37,702 nucleotides of DNA from a virus (taxonomy: Duplodnaviria > Heunggongvirae > Uroviricota > Caudoviricetes). Positions within the stretch are counted from its first letter, which is position 1. The number at the start of each line of letters is the position of its first letter. Where the stretch lies: IMG/VR virus record IMGVR_UViG_2681813232_000007. One strand, 5' to 3'. This document shows positions 28,520 to 37,702 of the stretch, one piece after another. The translations under genes were made by a program, and so were the position numbers. The notes beneath the pieces were generated by a model. That model was not told where the DNA came from. It made no database searches and saw only the letters and a program-made list of their open reading frames with translations.

Positions 28520-28708
28520 TCAGCTGATGACATCCATTGAGCGGTTGTATTCGTGGGTTCTGATTTTTGCCATGAGTTCATCAGTCAATTCAGAAACCCA
28601 CTGCAGAGCCAGCCCCTTCTCTTCATCACTACACTCACTAGCCGCTACAAGCTTAAGAAAAAAATCAATGCGCTGGAGCTTCAAAGACTCCAAAAAATAG
28701 TCCTGCAT
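28520..28708 (-). CDS. small protein co-transcribed with the dinI-like gene (possible N-terminal module of a Tum-like antirepressor)
   Basis: start set at MQDYFLES (ATG at 28708, AGGAGG upstream); 62 aa; lies directly downstream of the LexA box. Confidence 0.55.
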   Translation of the reverse strand: MQDYFLESLKLQRIDFFLKLVAASECSDEEKGLALQWVSELTDELMAKIRTHEYNRSMDVIS

Positions 28709-28751
28709 CTTTCCTCCTATGACACCACACGCAATACTGTACGCATAACCA

Positions 28752-28767
28752 CTGTTTATATTTACAG
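28752..28767 (-). promoter_or_regulatory. LexA operator (SOS box) overlapping the promoter of the tum/dinI-like operon
   Basis: CTGT-N8-ACAG: cACTGTTTATATTTACAGta matches the TACTGTATATATATACAGTA consensus at 17/20; minus-strand -35 TTTACA (28788-28793) and -10 TATACT (28766-28771) with 16-nt spacer. Confidence 0.8.
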
Positions 28768-28861
28768 TATATAATAATCTTACTGATGTAAAACGTTTTT
28801 TTACGTTCATCAGCCTGATATGCCTGGTATTATAAAGAGCACGAATTGTTAACCCGCGTAA

Positions 28862-31273
28862 TTAATACAGGTTCCGCCACTGATCATCTTCTTGCAAACG
28901 CTGGTTCCGATAGAAGATACGCAGGCCTGCTCCTGACGGAATACTGCCTCCGCGAAGGAGTAAATCGACCTCTTTCTCGCTGCCATCAAATCCTCTGGAC
29001 TTCAGCTCATACACGAGCTGCAGTCGCTGATGGTCTGTAATTCGCTGTTTGTAGTCTTTACGCCGTTTCGGTTTCACCAGGCGTAACCTTGCAGCCAGTT
29101 CCCGGCGCTCTTTTTTGTTCATACTGTGCAGGTAATCGTGCAACTCCTTGTCATCCATGCTGGTAATGTCCGTTCTGGGGTCCCCATCAGCTGATTTATC
29201 TTTCTCCTGTTGGTTCAAATTTTCAGCAAGGGGACAGTTATTGCCACGAGTCCAAGGGGCGCAAGCGCCCTGGGCTGCCGCCTCCTGAACGTCAACGGCT
29301 TTACGAACCATTTTCCACTTCACTGCATGAGTGCAGATCTTGCCCTCTGCAATGGGTGACCAGATGCCATAAATACGAATGCCGTGATCGCCATAGGCGG
29401 TCGGCTCTTCGTTGATTTCATAAGCGGTTCTGATGAGGTGATATTTACGGGGAACCAGTACGCCGCCCTGCTTCATGATGTAGGTGGCAAAACAACCAGC
29501 ATCAGCAGCAGCCAGAATGGCATCAAGACGCGGGTTATCCAGTACCGGCGCACCTGCTTTTTTGTCACCCTGTTGCCTTGCCGCCTGACCAGCCAGCAAG
29601 CGAAGTTCACGGTAAGCCTGACGCCCCGGAATACCAAAGAAGCGGAATTGCTGAACACGATGCAGAGACGCCCAGGCATTCACGTATTCAGCGTTATCAC
29701 GCAGAGATTTACCCGTTTCCTTGCTGATCTCGCCAGCCAGACCACGACCGTCAATGTTCTTACTGATATATTTCGCGATGTAGCTTGTCGGCGTTCCTTT
29801 GCGCGGGTTAATCAACTCAGACTTAAAGCGCGGCCCAGTGTTATTGCCCAGCTCCTCGCGGTCTTCACGGATGGCAAACTTACGCAGTAATGCAGTGATG
29901 GCACGGCGGTCTTTTTTGCGCATGAAACACAACAGGTGCCAGTGAACTGTGCCATCATGATGCGGCTCAGCCACCCGCACGCCATACCAGCGCAACCCGG
30001 CTTTGTGCATCGCCTTACGAAATGCAGCAAACATGCCGACCAGATAATCGCTGCTTTGTCTTACCGTCGCGTTTGTCCAGGTCGGGTTTGGTCTGCCGTT
30101 ATTTAGCGTGGAATGGAAACGCGACGGACAGGTGATAGTGTAGAAAACGGCGCAGTCACCGCGCATTTCCGCGATAAGCTCCAGACCTTTAACACAGGCC
30201 ATCATCTCATTGCGGCGATGCGCAGGGTTGCTGCTGCTGGCGTTTACCACATCCTCCATGTCCAGCGTGTCGCCGTCTTCGTTCACCAGTTCATGAGAAC
30301 GGAAAAACTCCAGCGACTTACGGCGCTGCTCACGTTTATGCATCACGGCTTCATAGCTGACATAAGGAGATGCTTTTTTGCTGACCAGGCAAACAGCGCG
30401 CAACTGCTCTTCCCGCCATTCGCAACGCATCTTCCATAATTTCCGATACCACCAGTCGGCGCACAACATACGCGCCAGCGAACCCGGAATGAGTTCATAG
30501 GGCACGGGTTTACGGCGGTTTCTTTTCCGACGGAGTTGCTCAAACGCAGGTGGGATGACATCCAGACGCAGGGTTTCCGCTGCCACCTTTTCCCATGTCT
30601 TGCGGATTTCTTCTGGCTTAACGTCATCGGTGGCATACAAATCACCACAAGCTGCATCAAGGCACATACTCATATGCGCAGCTACCAGGGTGGACAGGCG
30701 TTTCACCTGATCCTGACTCATTTCAGGCAGGATCAGCAGGCCGTCCAGCCCTTCATGGCTTGCCATAAAGCGAAAAGATGCAGATAGCTGACTGTCGCGT
30801 ACATGCTCCAGTCGTTCCAGACATGGCTTAATCGTCTCACGTAAATAGCGGGAATAAGCCTTTGGCCTGCCCAGGCTGCTGAAGTATTCAATACGTTGCA
30901 TCAGCGGCTTGCTGATATTGGAAGGCTGGGCGTTGACGTCCGCCAGAATGACCATGTCTGAATTAAAACGCTGCTGCTCATGCGCCAGCTTTGCCCGGCT
31001 AATGAGCTTATCCTGCTCCATTTCGCGCTGGACAGGATCACGTGATTCATTAAAGAAATAACGCTCCCAGACCTGATCACTCAGTGCCTCGCGGCGCAAC
31101 TGTTCCTGCTCGTTATCGGCAGCGTACAGAGTGATCAGGTTTGAAAGCGTAGAAACCGGCGCAACTTCCGCCGGGTCCAGATAAGGGTTAATGGCCTTTT
31201 TCGGGCTGTTCCATGAGAATGCTGCGGCAGCCTCGTTAAAGCCGCAGCACTTGTTCATATCGGCATGACTCAT
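28862..31273 (-). CDS. A: replication initiation protein A (rolling-circle nicking endonuclease)
   Basis: 803 aa, size and position match P2/186 gpA; tandem His motif WHLLCF; start overlaps dam stop. Confidence 0.88.
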   Translation of the reverse strand: MSHADMNKCCGFNEAAAAFSWNSPKKAINPYLDPAEVAPVSTLSNLITLYAADNEQEQLRREALSDQVWERYFFNESRDPVQREMEQDKLISRAKLAHEQQRFNSDMVILADVNAQPSNISKPLMQRIEYFSSLGRPKAYSRYLRETIKPCLERLEHVRDSQLSASFRFMASHEGLDGLLILPEMSQDQVKRLSTLVAAHMSMCLDAACGDLYATDDVKPEEIRKTWEKVAAETLRLDVIPPAFEQLRRKRNRRKPVPYELIPGSLARMLCADWWYRKLWKMRCEWREEQLRAVCLVSKKASPYVSYEAVMHKREQRRKSLEFFRSHELVNEDGDTLDMEDVVNASSSNPAHRRNEMMACVKGLELIAEMRGDCAVFYTITCPSRFHSTLNNGRPNPTWTNATVRQSSDYLVGMFAAFRKAMHKAGLRWYGVRVAEPHHDGTVHWHLLCFMRKKDRRAITALLRKFAIREDREELGNNTGPRFKSELINPRKGTPTSYIAKYISKNIDGRGLAGEISKETGKSLRDNAEYVNAWASLHRVQQFRFFGIPGRQAYRELRLLAGQAARQQGDKKAGAPVLDNPRLDAILAAADAGCFATYIMKQGGVLVPRKYHLIRTAYEINEEPTAYGDHGIRIYGIWSPIAEGKICTHAVKWKMVRKAVDVQEAAAQGACAPWTRGNNCPLAENLNQQEKDKSADGDPRTDITSMDDKELHDYLHSMNKKERRELAARLRLVKPKRRKDYKQRITDHQRLQLVYELKSRGFDGSEKEVDLLLRGGSIPSGAGLRIFYRNQRLQEDDQWRNLY

Positions 31274-32127
31274 GCACGTACTCCGTACACGGCAGAACTA
31301 TCCACGCCACGCGAATAATCAAATCCCATCCAGCAGCGCGGCCCGGAAACAGCAATGATTTCTGTTGCTGATTTACCCTCGCCAGCTGCCACACCGATGC
31401 TGCGTTTTACCTTGATATAGTGGTGAGTAAAATTGCGATACAGCGAACGGATCAGGGATGTGTCACTGTTAGAAACAATGACCGGATGTCCTTCTGATGA
31501 CCGATGTTCAAGAACGGATGCCAGGTGATACTGGTCATCTTCAGTGAAACCATCAGTGTGATAGCCGGAAAACGTACCGTCATATGGCGGATCGCAATAC
31601 ACCACATCTCCCGCCTTCAACATCGCCAGCGTTTCATCAAAGCTGGCGCAGATAAACGTTGCTCGCTGGGCTTTTTCTGCAAATGTGCGAAGTTCTTTTT
31701 CAGGGAAATACGGATTTTTATAATTACCGTAGGGAATGTTGAAATGCCCGCTCTTGTTATAGCGACATAAACCACGGTAACCGTGACGATTGAGATACAG
31801 GAAATATACCGCTTTCATGAAATCAGTAATTTCAGTTGAGCAGTTAAACTCCTGCCTTATGTTGTAATAAGCCACCTCCCTGTTTGCGATCTCAAATAAA
31901 ACTCTGGCGCGAGATATAAACGATTCACAATCAGCGGCAACCTTTTTATAGAGGTTGATTAAATCAGGATTAATATCCGCAACCAGATAGCTGGGATAAT
32001 CCGTTTCCATCATCACAGCACAGGAACCCGCGAAAGGTTCAACCAGTCGCGGGCCAGCAGGAAGGTATTTTTTCAGTTCTGGCATAATGGCGGTTTTATT
32101 TCCCGCCCATTTCAGGATAGTGCTCAT
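31270..32127 (-). CDS. dam: DNA adenine methyltransferase (Dam family, N6-adenine)
   Basis: start set at [11 protein letters not shown] (ATG at 32127, GGAGG upstream); motif I EPFAGS and motif IV DPPY; long stretches alignable to E. coli Dam (FLYLNR.GY.GLCRYN..G.FN.P.G.YK.PYFPE). Confidence 0.85.
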   Translation of the reverse strand: MSTILKWAGNKTAIMPELKKYLPAGPRLVEPFAGSCAVMMETDYPSYLVADINPDLINLYKKVAADCESFISRARVLFEIANREVAYYNIRQEFNCSTEITDFMKAVYFLYLNRHGYRGLCRYNKSGHFNIPYGNYKNPYFPEKELRTFAEKAQRATFICASFDETLAMLKAGDVVYCDPPYDGTFSGYHTDGFTEDDQYHLASVLEHRSSEGHPVIVSNSDTSLIRSLYRNFTHHYIKVKRSIGVAAGEGKSATEIIAVSGPRCWMGFDYSRGVDSSAVYGVRA

Positions 32128-32351
32128 ACAGCACCTCCGTTGTAATGTTTGCCTTTCAGTTCTGCGATTTCCTGACAGGTAATGCAAAGCTGCACTCCCG
32201 GAATGGCGCGGCGTCGTGCTGGCGGAATTGGCGCTTCACATTCAATGCAAAGTACGCGTGACACGCCCGGTGATTTGGCACGGGCTGCACGGATATGGCG
32301 CTGGCGTTCTTCTTCAACGCGCTGCTGTACGAGATCCATTGCATCAGCCAT
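32124..32351 (-). CDS. TraR/DksA-family C4 zinc-finger protein
   Basis: 75 aa with CIECEAPIP...CITCQ (CxxC-N17-CxxC). Confidence 0.75.
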   Translation of the reverse strand: MADAMDLVQQRVEEERQRHIRAARAKSPGVSRVLCIECEAPIPPARRRAIPGVQLCITCQEIAELKGKHYNGGAV

Positions 32352-32590
32352 TAGTGGATCTCCTGCGCTTCGTTCTGGATTGCTTCAGCAGTCACGCGCA
32401 GCAGTTCTGCCGCTTCCACGTGGTTTAGCTGGCGGGATGAGATATGACACGCCAGGCTATCAAGGCGAGCAGCCATTGCTTCAGCCCTTGCCCGGCGTTC
32501 TTCCAGACGAGCCTCTGTCAGTAAAATATTAAGCCCTGCGTCATCCGGTCCGGTTTTAGTCGTGAGGGTTTCAATATTACGCATAATCAA
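32351..32590 (-). CDS. hypothetical early-region protein
   Basis: 79-aa ORF in the early operon, same strand and tightly packed; no recognisable motif. Confidence 0.5.
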   Translation of the reverse strand: MIMRNIETLTTKTGPDDAGLNILLTEARLEERRARAEAMAARLDSLACHISSRQLNHVEAAELLRVTAEAIQNEAQEIH

Positions 32591-32651
32591 TTCTCCTGAA
32601 TTTAGATAAAGGGATGCCCGGCGGGTTTACGCCATTAATTTCATTAGTTGG

Positions 32652-32993
32652 TTAATTCGGCATGGTTAGCCGTCTGGGAAATAAGCTCACCACTGCACGA
32701 AAATGATTCATTGCTTTAATCAGCTCCCGCTTTTCGTCAGTGGTCAGCTCATTAATGCTGATGCTATGACGTTCAGCTGGAATTTTTGCCATAAAGAATA
32801 TGGCAGCCAGTGCCCGTTTATTTTGTTCATTATTGATATCCCGTGGATCACGCATATCTTTAATAAACCGCTCAAGCTCTGACTCAATATTCAGGCCAAA
32901 AACTTTCGCCCTTAACTCCGCAATGTGATTAAGTCCATTCAGGCGTTCACCGGGGCTTAATGGAACAGTTGCTGCAGCGCCATTAATTGCCAT
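32652..32993 (-). CDS. hypothetical early-region protein
   Basis: 113-aa ORF in the early operon; no recognisable motif. Confidence 0.5.
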   Translation of the reverse strand: MAINGAAATVPLSPGERLNGLNHIAELRAKVFGLNIESELERFIKDMRDPRDINNEQNKRALAAIFFMAKIPAERHSISINELTTDEKRELIKAMNHFRAVVSLFPRRLTMPN

Positions 32994-33015
32994 ACTTCAT
33001 ATCCCCCAAACGCAG

Positions 33016-33240
33016 CTATCGTTCTTTGTTCTTACGGTAACGCTCAAGAGGAGATACATTTTTTCGTATCGTCTCTTTAACCTGCTCTCCCCGTAAAAAC
33101 GTCCCATCCTTTAACGTGAAAAAGTAACTGCCATCGCCCGACAATGACGGATAGCAACAGAGCAAATCATCTTCAGGTACTGAATAACTCTCCCCTCTGT
33201 AACGAAACTGATAAACCACTTCACTTTCTGCCGCATACAT
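33016..33240 (-). CDS. hypothetical early-region protein
   Basis: 74-aa ORF; overlaps an alternative-frame ORF (33111-33407), so only one of the two is likely to be real over the shared stretch. Confidence 0.4.
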   Translation of the reverse strand: MYAAESEVVYQFRYRGESYSVPEDDLLCCYPSLSGDGSYFFTLKDGTFLRGEQVKETIRKNVSPLERYRKNKER

Positions 33241-33414
33241 TTGGACTTTCTCCGTTTCCTCGTGGTCAATTCAGACAGCAATTCATCTTGTGAATGACAT
33301 GGATGCCAGCGTTTTCCATCCTCACCCGTGATCCAGCCGTGACCGTAGTGCATTGCCGGGCTTTGTTTTACCAGCAGCGATGCAAATGATGGTTCTTTCG
33401 TCAGCATAAACACC

Positions 33415-33924
33415 TCACAGCAAACCGAATGAAGCACCAAGGCCAGTCATGGTATCAACTGCACTCGCCATCGCAGGATTAGCCTGTAAACGGGCTTGCA
33501 ATGAAACAGCAGCCAGCGCCATCAGTCGTGTTACAGAGTTAATGCTGCTGATAGCATCACGACGACCGGCACTAGTTTTTACATCACCAGATACCGCACC
33601 TGCTGCAACACGCCCGATCTCTGCAGTTGCGCTCATGACGTAATGCGGCAGTTTCTCTTTTGCTACCTCATTAATCGGTACACATGGCAGACAATGAATC
33701 TGTGCCAGAAAACCATCTACCAACGTTGAATCTTCAGTCAGATCGGTAAGCAGCCAGATTTCTGGTGCGGTTAATAAATGAGGTTGAGCTGGGTTCAGCT
33801 TGTTCCGCAGAATCTGCACATTCATGCCCGCACGTTCTGCCAGTTGCACCAGATTGTGGCGCAGTGCGAATGCACGACAGGCTTCATCAAAATGTGGATG
33901 TTTGGAAACTTGGTAATCAAACAT
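33415..33924 (-). CDS. cII: CII-like lysogeny establishment activator (186 CII type)
   Basis: start set at [19 protein letters not shown]...; near-identical by recall to phage 186 CII over most of its length, including the HTH region. Confidence 0.85.
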   Translation of the reverse strand: MFDYQVSKHPHFDEACRAFALRHNLVQLAERAGMNVQILRNKLNPAQPHLLTAPEIWLLTDLTEDSTLVDGFLAQIHCLPCVPINEVAKEKLPHYVMSATAEIGRVAAGAVSGDVKTSAGRRDAISSINSVTRLMALAAVSLQARLQANPAMASAVDTMTGLGASFGLL

Positions 33925-33956
33925 GGTCGACACCTCTGATGTATCCCAAAATGGAA

Positions 33957-34178
33957 CTAGTTGAATACAACATTGCAATCAGTAAGTGCATCAACGGTAA
34001 GAGCAGCAAGGTTGATCATTACCTTTTCTCTTTTCTTGTCTTTACGAAGACGATGCCGAGGAATGCGACCATCCGCCAACATATCGTTGATTGTGTCGAT
34101 TGAAAGACCAGTAAGTTCGCTATAACGCTCGATTGTGACGTGTGGCGTATTCAGAGTTATTGAAATGTTAGGGGTCAT
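33957..34178 (-). CDS. apl: Apl/Cox-like excisionase and lytic-switch repressor
   Basis: start set at MTPNISITL (ATG at 34178, AGGAG upstream); 73 aa with HTH; divergent from cI. Confidence 0.7.
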   Translation of the reverse strand: MTPNISITLNTPHVTIERYSELTGLSIDTINDMLADGRIPRHRLRKDKKREKVMINLAALTVDALTDCNVVFN

Positions 34179-34228
34179 GATGCAACATCTCCTATTGGCT
34201 TGTGGTGAGCCTGTAGTAATCGTGACAA

Positions 34229-34244
34229 GTACCCAATTGGGTAC
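34229..34244. promoter_or_regulatory. perfect 16-bp palindrome in the cI/apl switch region, candidate operator
   Basis: GTACCCAATTGGGTAC, 30 bp upstream of the cI start codon. Confidence 0.4.
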
Positions 34245-34273
34245 AAAACTGATACTAGGATCGCAAAAGAGAT

Positions 34274-34870
34274 ATGTCAACATCAAAGTACCCAAGTGAG
34301 ATCAAAATAAATCCCAATAAAGGTGGTAAGGCTGCGATTGAGCGATTAGTCGAAGCCTATGGCTTTACGACACGACAGGCTTTAGCTGATCACTTGGAAG
34401 TATCAAAAAGCACACTAGCGAACAGGTATTTGCGGGATACATTTCCTGCTGACTGGATAATCCAATGTGCTCTTGAAACAGGAACCTCCCTCAAATGGTT
34501 AACTACCGGACAAGGCCTTAAGCAAAGCTCGCTGACAGCAGCTACAGAAGAGCTTGTTAAGTTTCGCCTTGCCGCAGGCAAAATGATTGAAGACGGTTCA
34601 TATGTCTTCGATTCATCATTTCTTCCTGCAAACCTTTCATCACCAATTGTTGTTCAGGATGGACTCGTCACATACATTTGTGATCAAAAATTTTCTGAAG
34701 TACTTGATGGAAACTGGTTAATCAATATCGACGGAACCTATTCCATTCGAAAAATCACAAGGCTTCCTAAAGGAATGATTAAAATTACAACAGCAGAGAA
34801 TAGCTTTGAATGTGCATTTTCTGATATTGAAGTGGTTGCTTGTATAAGAAGTACAATAGTCTCGAATTAA
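34274..34870 (+). CDS. cI: CI immunity repressor (186 CI type)
   Basis: 198 aa; N-terminal HTH and motifs EAYGF, CALETG..L.WL.TG.G shared with 186 CI by recall. Confidence 0.8.
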   Translation: MSTSKYPSEIKINPNKGGKAAIERLVEAYGFTTRQALADHLEVSKSTLANRYLRDTFPADWIIQCALETGTSLKWLTTGQGLKQSSLTAATEELVKFRLAAGKMIEDGSYVFDSSFLPANLSSPIVVQDGLVTYICDQKFSEVLDGNWLINIDGTYSIRKITRLPKGMIKITTAENSFECAFSDIEVVACIRSTIVSN

Positions 34871-34890
34871 TATAGTAAAAGGATTTTAAA

Positions 34891-36567
34891 ATGAATTCAT
34901 TTGCCATCGTTATACTCTTATTAGCATTTCTCGCCCCTGTTCTAGCTGTAATATTATTTAAACAAAGTAAAAAACACAAAGCGGCTATAGATAACCTGAC
35001 AGCTAACAACATAGCCCTTTCTAACCAACTGATTGAAAATCAAGAAAAACTAGCACAGACCGTACGAGAATTATCAGAGCTTGAAGGGCGAGCAGCACCA
35101 TTGTGGCAATACGAAGAATTGCACAGCGCAGTAATGGATGCAGAGAATAAGATAAAAAATGCGGACTCAATAGCCAAGCAAAAAATAGATGAAGCCCAAA
35201 TTAAGGCGGCTAAAACAGTAAACGAAGCAAATTATCAAGCTCAGATGACAATAAGCAACGCTAATAGCGAAGCTATAGCAATCACCAAAGACGCTCGCGA
35301 TGCACGCCTGAAAGCCAAAGAACGTCTTGATAATGCTAATAATAAAGCAAATGAGCTAATCTCAAATGCTAATGACAATGCAGTAAAAATTATTTCTGAT
35401 GCAGAAGAAAGAGCAAAGGAGATTGCTGGTTCAGCATATGAAGCTAAAGAGTTTGCAGAAAAATATGAAGCAGTTGCAAAATCAATGAAAAATAAAATTG
35501 AAGGTTATGGTGATGAATGGATCATCCCTAACCGTAGTGTACTTGATGAGCTGGCAGAAAATTATGAATTTACAGATGCAGGCAAGGAATTACAAAAAGC
35601 CAGAGAGTTAACCAAATCATTAATAAAAACTAATAAAGCTGCTTCGTGTGATTATGTTGAGCAAAACAGGCGTAATACTGCCATAAACTTTGTTTTGGAT
35701 GCCTTCAATGGAAGAGTTGACAGTATTTTATCAAAAGTCAAACACAACAATTTTGGAAAACTTTCCCAAGAAATAAAAGATGCATTTCAACTAGTAAATT
35801 ACAATGGCTCTGCCTTTAGGTCCGCAAAAATAAGTGACATCTATCTTCAGGCAAGACTCAACGAGCTAAAATGGGGTGTAGCAGTTAATGAAATTATGCT
35901 CGAAGAAAAAGAAGAGCAAAGAAGGATTAAAGAACAGCTTCGTGAAGAGGAAAGAGCTCGTAGAGAATATGAAAAAGCGATAAAAGAAGCTGAAAAAGAA
36001 GAAAAAGCTATTCAGCAAGCTATAAATAAAGCAACGAAAGAACTTATGCTTGCAAATGAAGAACAACGCTTAGCTTTAGAGCAAAAAATAGCTGAACTAC
36101 AGTTAAAATATGAAGAAGCTGAAGCTAAAAATCAACGAGCTATTTCTATGGCTCAACAAACCAGATCAGGCCACGTCTATATCATTAGTAATATTGGTTC
36201 ATTTGGCGAAGATGTATATAAAATTGGAATGACACGCCGCCTTGAACCACTTGATCGTGTTCGTGAACTCGGAGATGCTAGTGTTCCTTTTTCGTTCGAT
36301 GTTCATGCGATGATTTATAGTGATGATGCACCATCATTAGAAAACCATCTGCATAAAGTTTTCAACGAAAAGCAGGTCAATAAAATTAACTCACGAAAAG
36401 AGTTTTTTAACGTAAATTTAAAAGAAATCAAATCAGTTATTGAAGACATGAACATCAACGCCCACTGGACAATGTTTGCAGAGGCGAAAGAATATAGAGA
36501 GTCTCTATCTATTGAGCAGGAGCGCAAAGCAGCCACTTCCGCCAACGATGAACTACATGTTGCTTAG
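34891..36567 (+). CDS. membrane-anchored coiled-coil protein with C-terminal GIY-YIG-like (T5orf172-type) domain; candidate anti-phage cargo
   Basis: 558 aa, AT-rich; N-terminal transmembrane helix (FAIVILLLAFLAPVLAVILF), long Lys/Glu/Ala-rich helical region, C-terminal GHVYIISN...YKIGMTRRLEPLDRVREL; inserted between cI and int. Confidence 0.65.
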   Translation: MNSFAIVILLLAFLAPVLAVILFKQSKKHKAAIDNLTANNIALSNQLIENQEKLAQTVRELSELEGRAAPLWQYEELHSAVMDAENKIKNADSIAKQKIDEAQIKAAKTVNEANYQAQMTISNANSEAIAITKDARDARLKAKERLDNANNKANELISNANDNAVKIISDAEERAKEIAGSAYEAKEFAEKYEAVAKSMKNKIEGYGDEWIIPNRSVLDELAENYEFTDAGKELQKARELTKSLIKTNKAASCDYVEQNRRNTAINFVLDAFNGRVDSILSKVKHNNFGKLSQEIKDAFQLVNYNGSAFRSAKISDIYLQARLNELKWGVAVNEIMLEEKEEQRRIKEQLREEERARREYEKAIKEAEKEEKAIQQAINKATKELMLANEEQRLALEQKIAELQLKYEEAEAKNQRAISMAQQTRSGHVYIISNIGSFGEDVYKIGMTRRLEPLDRVRELGDASVPFSFDVHAMIYSDDAPSLENHLHKVFNEKQVNKINSRKEFFNVNLKEIKSVIEDMNINAHWTMFAEAKEYRESLSIEQERKAATSANDELHVA

Positions 36568-36625
36568 CAATGTATGTTTCATAGTAATCACACATTGATT
36601 ACTGGTTACATATACAGTTAAATTT

Positions 36626-36649
36626 AGCCCTCTGATATGAGGGCTTTTT
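36626..36649 (+). terminator. hairpin plus T-tract immediately upstream of int (terminator and/or RBS-sequestering structure)
   Basis: agccctc-tgatat-gagggct (36626-36645) followed by TTTTT, then the int ATG at 36650; the 3' arm GAGGG doubles as the only Shine-Dalgarno-like element for int. Confidence 0.6.
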
Positions 36650-37702
36650 ATGGCAGTACGAAAACTAACCACAGGGAAATGGCTTTGCGAATGTTACCCC
36701 GCCGGACGAAGTGGGCGTCGTGTGCGTAAACAATTCGCTACCAAAGGCGAAGCACTGGCTTTTGAGCGCCACACGATGGAAGAAACCGAAGCAAAGCCCT
36801 GGCTGGGTGAATCAGTGGATCGTCGAACACTGAAAGACGTGGTTGAGCTATGGTTCAAACTACATGGTAAATCTCTGACAGCTGGGCAGCATGTCTATGA
36901 CAAATTGCTGTTGATGGTTGACGCTCTGGGCAATCCTCTTGCAACCGATCTCACCTCTAAAATGTTTGCCCACTATCGAGATAAACGCCTGACAGGCGAG
37001 ATCTACTTCAGCGAGAAATGGAAGAAAGGAGCAAGCCCGGTCACCATTAACCTGGAGCAAAGCTATCTAAGTAGTGTTTTTAGCGAACTATCCCGTCTGG
37101 GCGAATGGTCGTATCCGAACCCACTGGAGAACATGCGAAAATTCACCATCGCAGAAAAAGAGATGGCATGGCTTACCCATGAGCAGATTGTTGAATTGCT
37201 GGCTGATTGCAAACGTCAGGACCCAATTCTGGCACTGGTAGTTAAGATATGCTTAAGCACAGGCGCACGCTGGCGTGAAGCCGTAAATCTTACCCGCTCA
37301 CAGGTGACCAAATACCGAATTACCTTTGTCAGAACGAAGGGGAAGAAAAACAGAAGCATCCCTATCAGTAAAGAGCTTTACGAAGAGATCATGGCGCTTG
37401 ATGGGTTCAATTTCTTCACAGACTGCTATTTTCAATTTTTATCCGTGATGGAAAAAACGTCTATCGTGCTCCCTCGCGGTCAACTCACACACGTTCTGCG
37501 CCATACGTTTGCGGCGCACTTCATGATGTCGGGTGGAAACATTCTGGCCTTACAAAAAATTCTCGGACACCACGATATAAAAATGACTATGCGTTACGCA
37601 CATCTGGCACCGGATCATCTAGAAACGGCGCTCCGTTTCAATCCTCTGGCAACGCTGCCAAGTGGCGACAAAGTGGCGGCAGCGGTTGGCATTACCCCGT
37701 AA
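36650..37702 (+). CDS. int: tyrosine integrase (P2/186 family)
   Basis: 350 aa; catalytic region with HVLRHTFAAHF and MRYAHL (R..H..R..Y); stop codon is the final triplet of the window. Confidence 0.9.
   Translation: MAVRKLTTGKWLCECYPAGRSGRRVRKQFATKGEALAFERHTMEETEAKPWLGESVDRRTLKDVVELWFKLHGKSLTAGQHVYDKLLLMVDALGNPLATDLTSKMFAHYRDKRLTGEIYFSEKWKKGASPVTINLEQSYLSSVFSELSRLGEWSYPNPLENMRKFTIAEKEMAWLTHEQIVELLADCKRQDPILALVVKICLSTGARWREAVNLTRSQVTKYRITFVRTKGKKNRSIPISKELYEEIMALDGFNFFTDCYFQFLSVMEKTSIVLPRGQLTHVLRHTFAAHFMMSGGNILALQKILGHHDIKMTMRYAHLAPDHLETALRFNPLATLPSGDKVAAAVGITP

Noticed and set aside
1-37702. CRISPR arrays, tRNA/rRNA genes, IS elements or transposases
   Set aside because: No regularly spaced direct repeats, no tRNA-like sequence at the junction or elsewhere that I could spot, and no transposase-like ORFs; the only recombinases are the phage integrase and the tail-fibre invertase.

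Overview
The window starts in E. coli-type chromosomal backbone (grxA, ybjM, ybjL; 1-2620) and the remaining ~35 kb is a nearly complete P2-family prophage of the 186-like, SOS-inducible type, integrated downstream of an intact ybjL. Reading along the minus strand the phage is syntenic with P2/186: ogr, tail genes D-U-T-E/E'-FII-FI, a Gin/Pin-like invertase with an invertible tail-fibre segment, H-I-J-W-V, then S-R-lysC/lysB-lysA-K-Y-X-L-M-N-O, divergent P-Q, a cos-like site, a LexA-controlled split tum/dinI-like operon, replication gene A, dam, traR-like, cII, apl, and on the plus strand cI and int (int stop is the last codon of the window, so attL lies outside). Three AT-rich cargo loci interrupt this GC-rich backbone and are the best candidates for anti-phage systems: (1) a two-gene ABC-ATPase + DUF4435/TOPRIM operon (PARIS/AbiL-like) between S and V; (2) a 384-aa orphan protein with an N-terminal RNxxxH (HEPN-like) motif between Q and cos; (3) a 558-aa membrane-anchored coiled-coil protein with a C-terminal GIY-YIG-like (T5orf172-type) domain between cI and int. 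All calls rest on reading the supplied ORF translations and the DNA by eye; no database search or computation was run, and GC content was judged by eye rather than computed.
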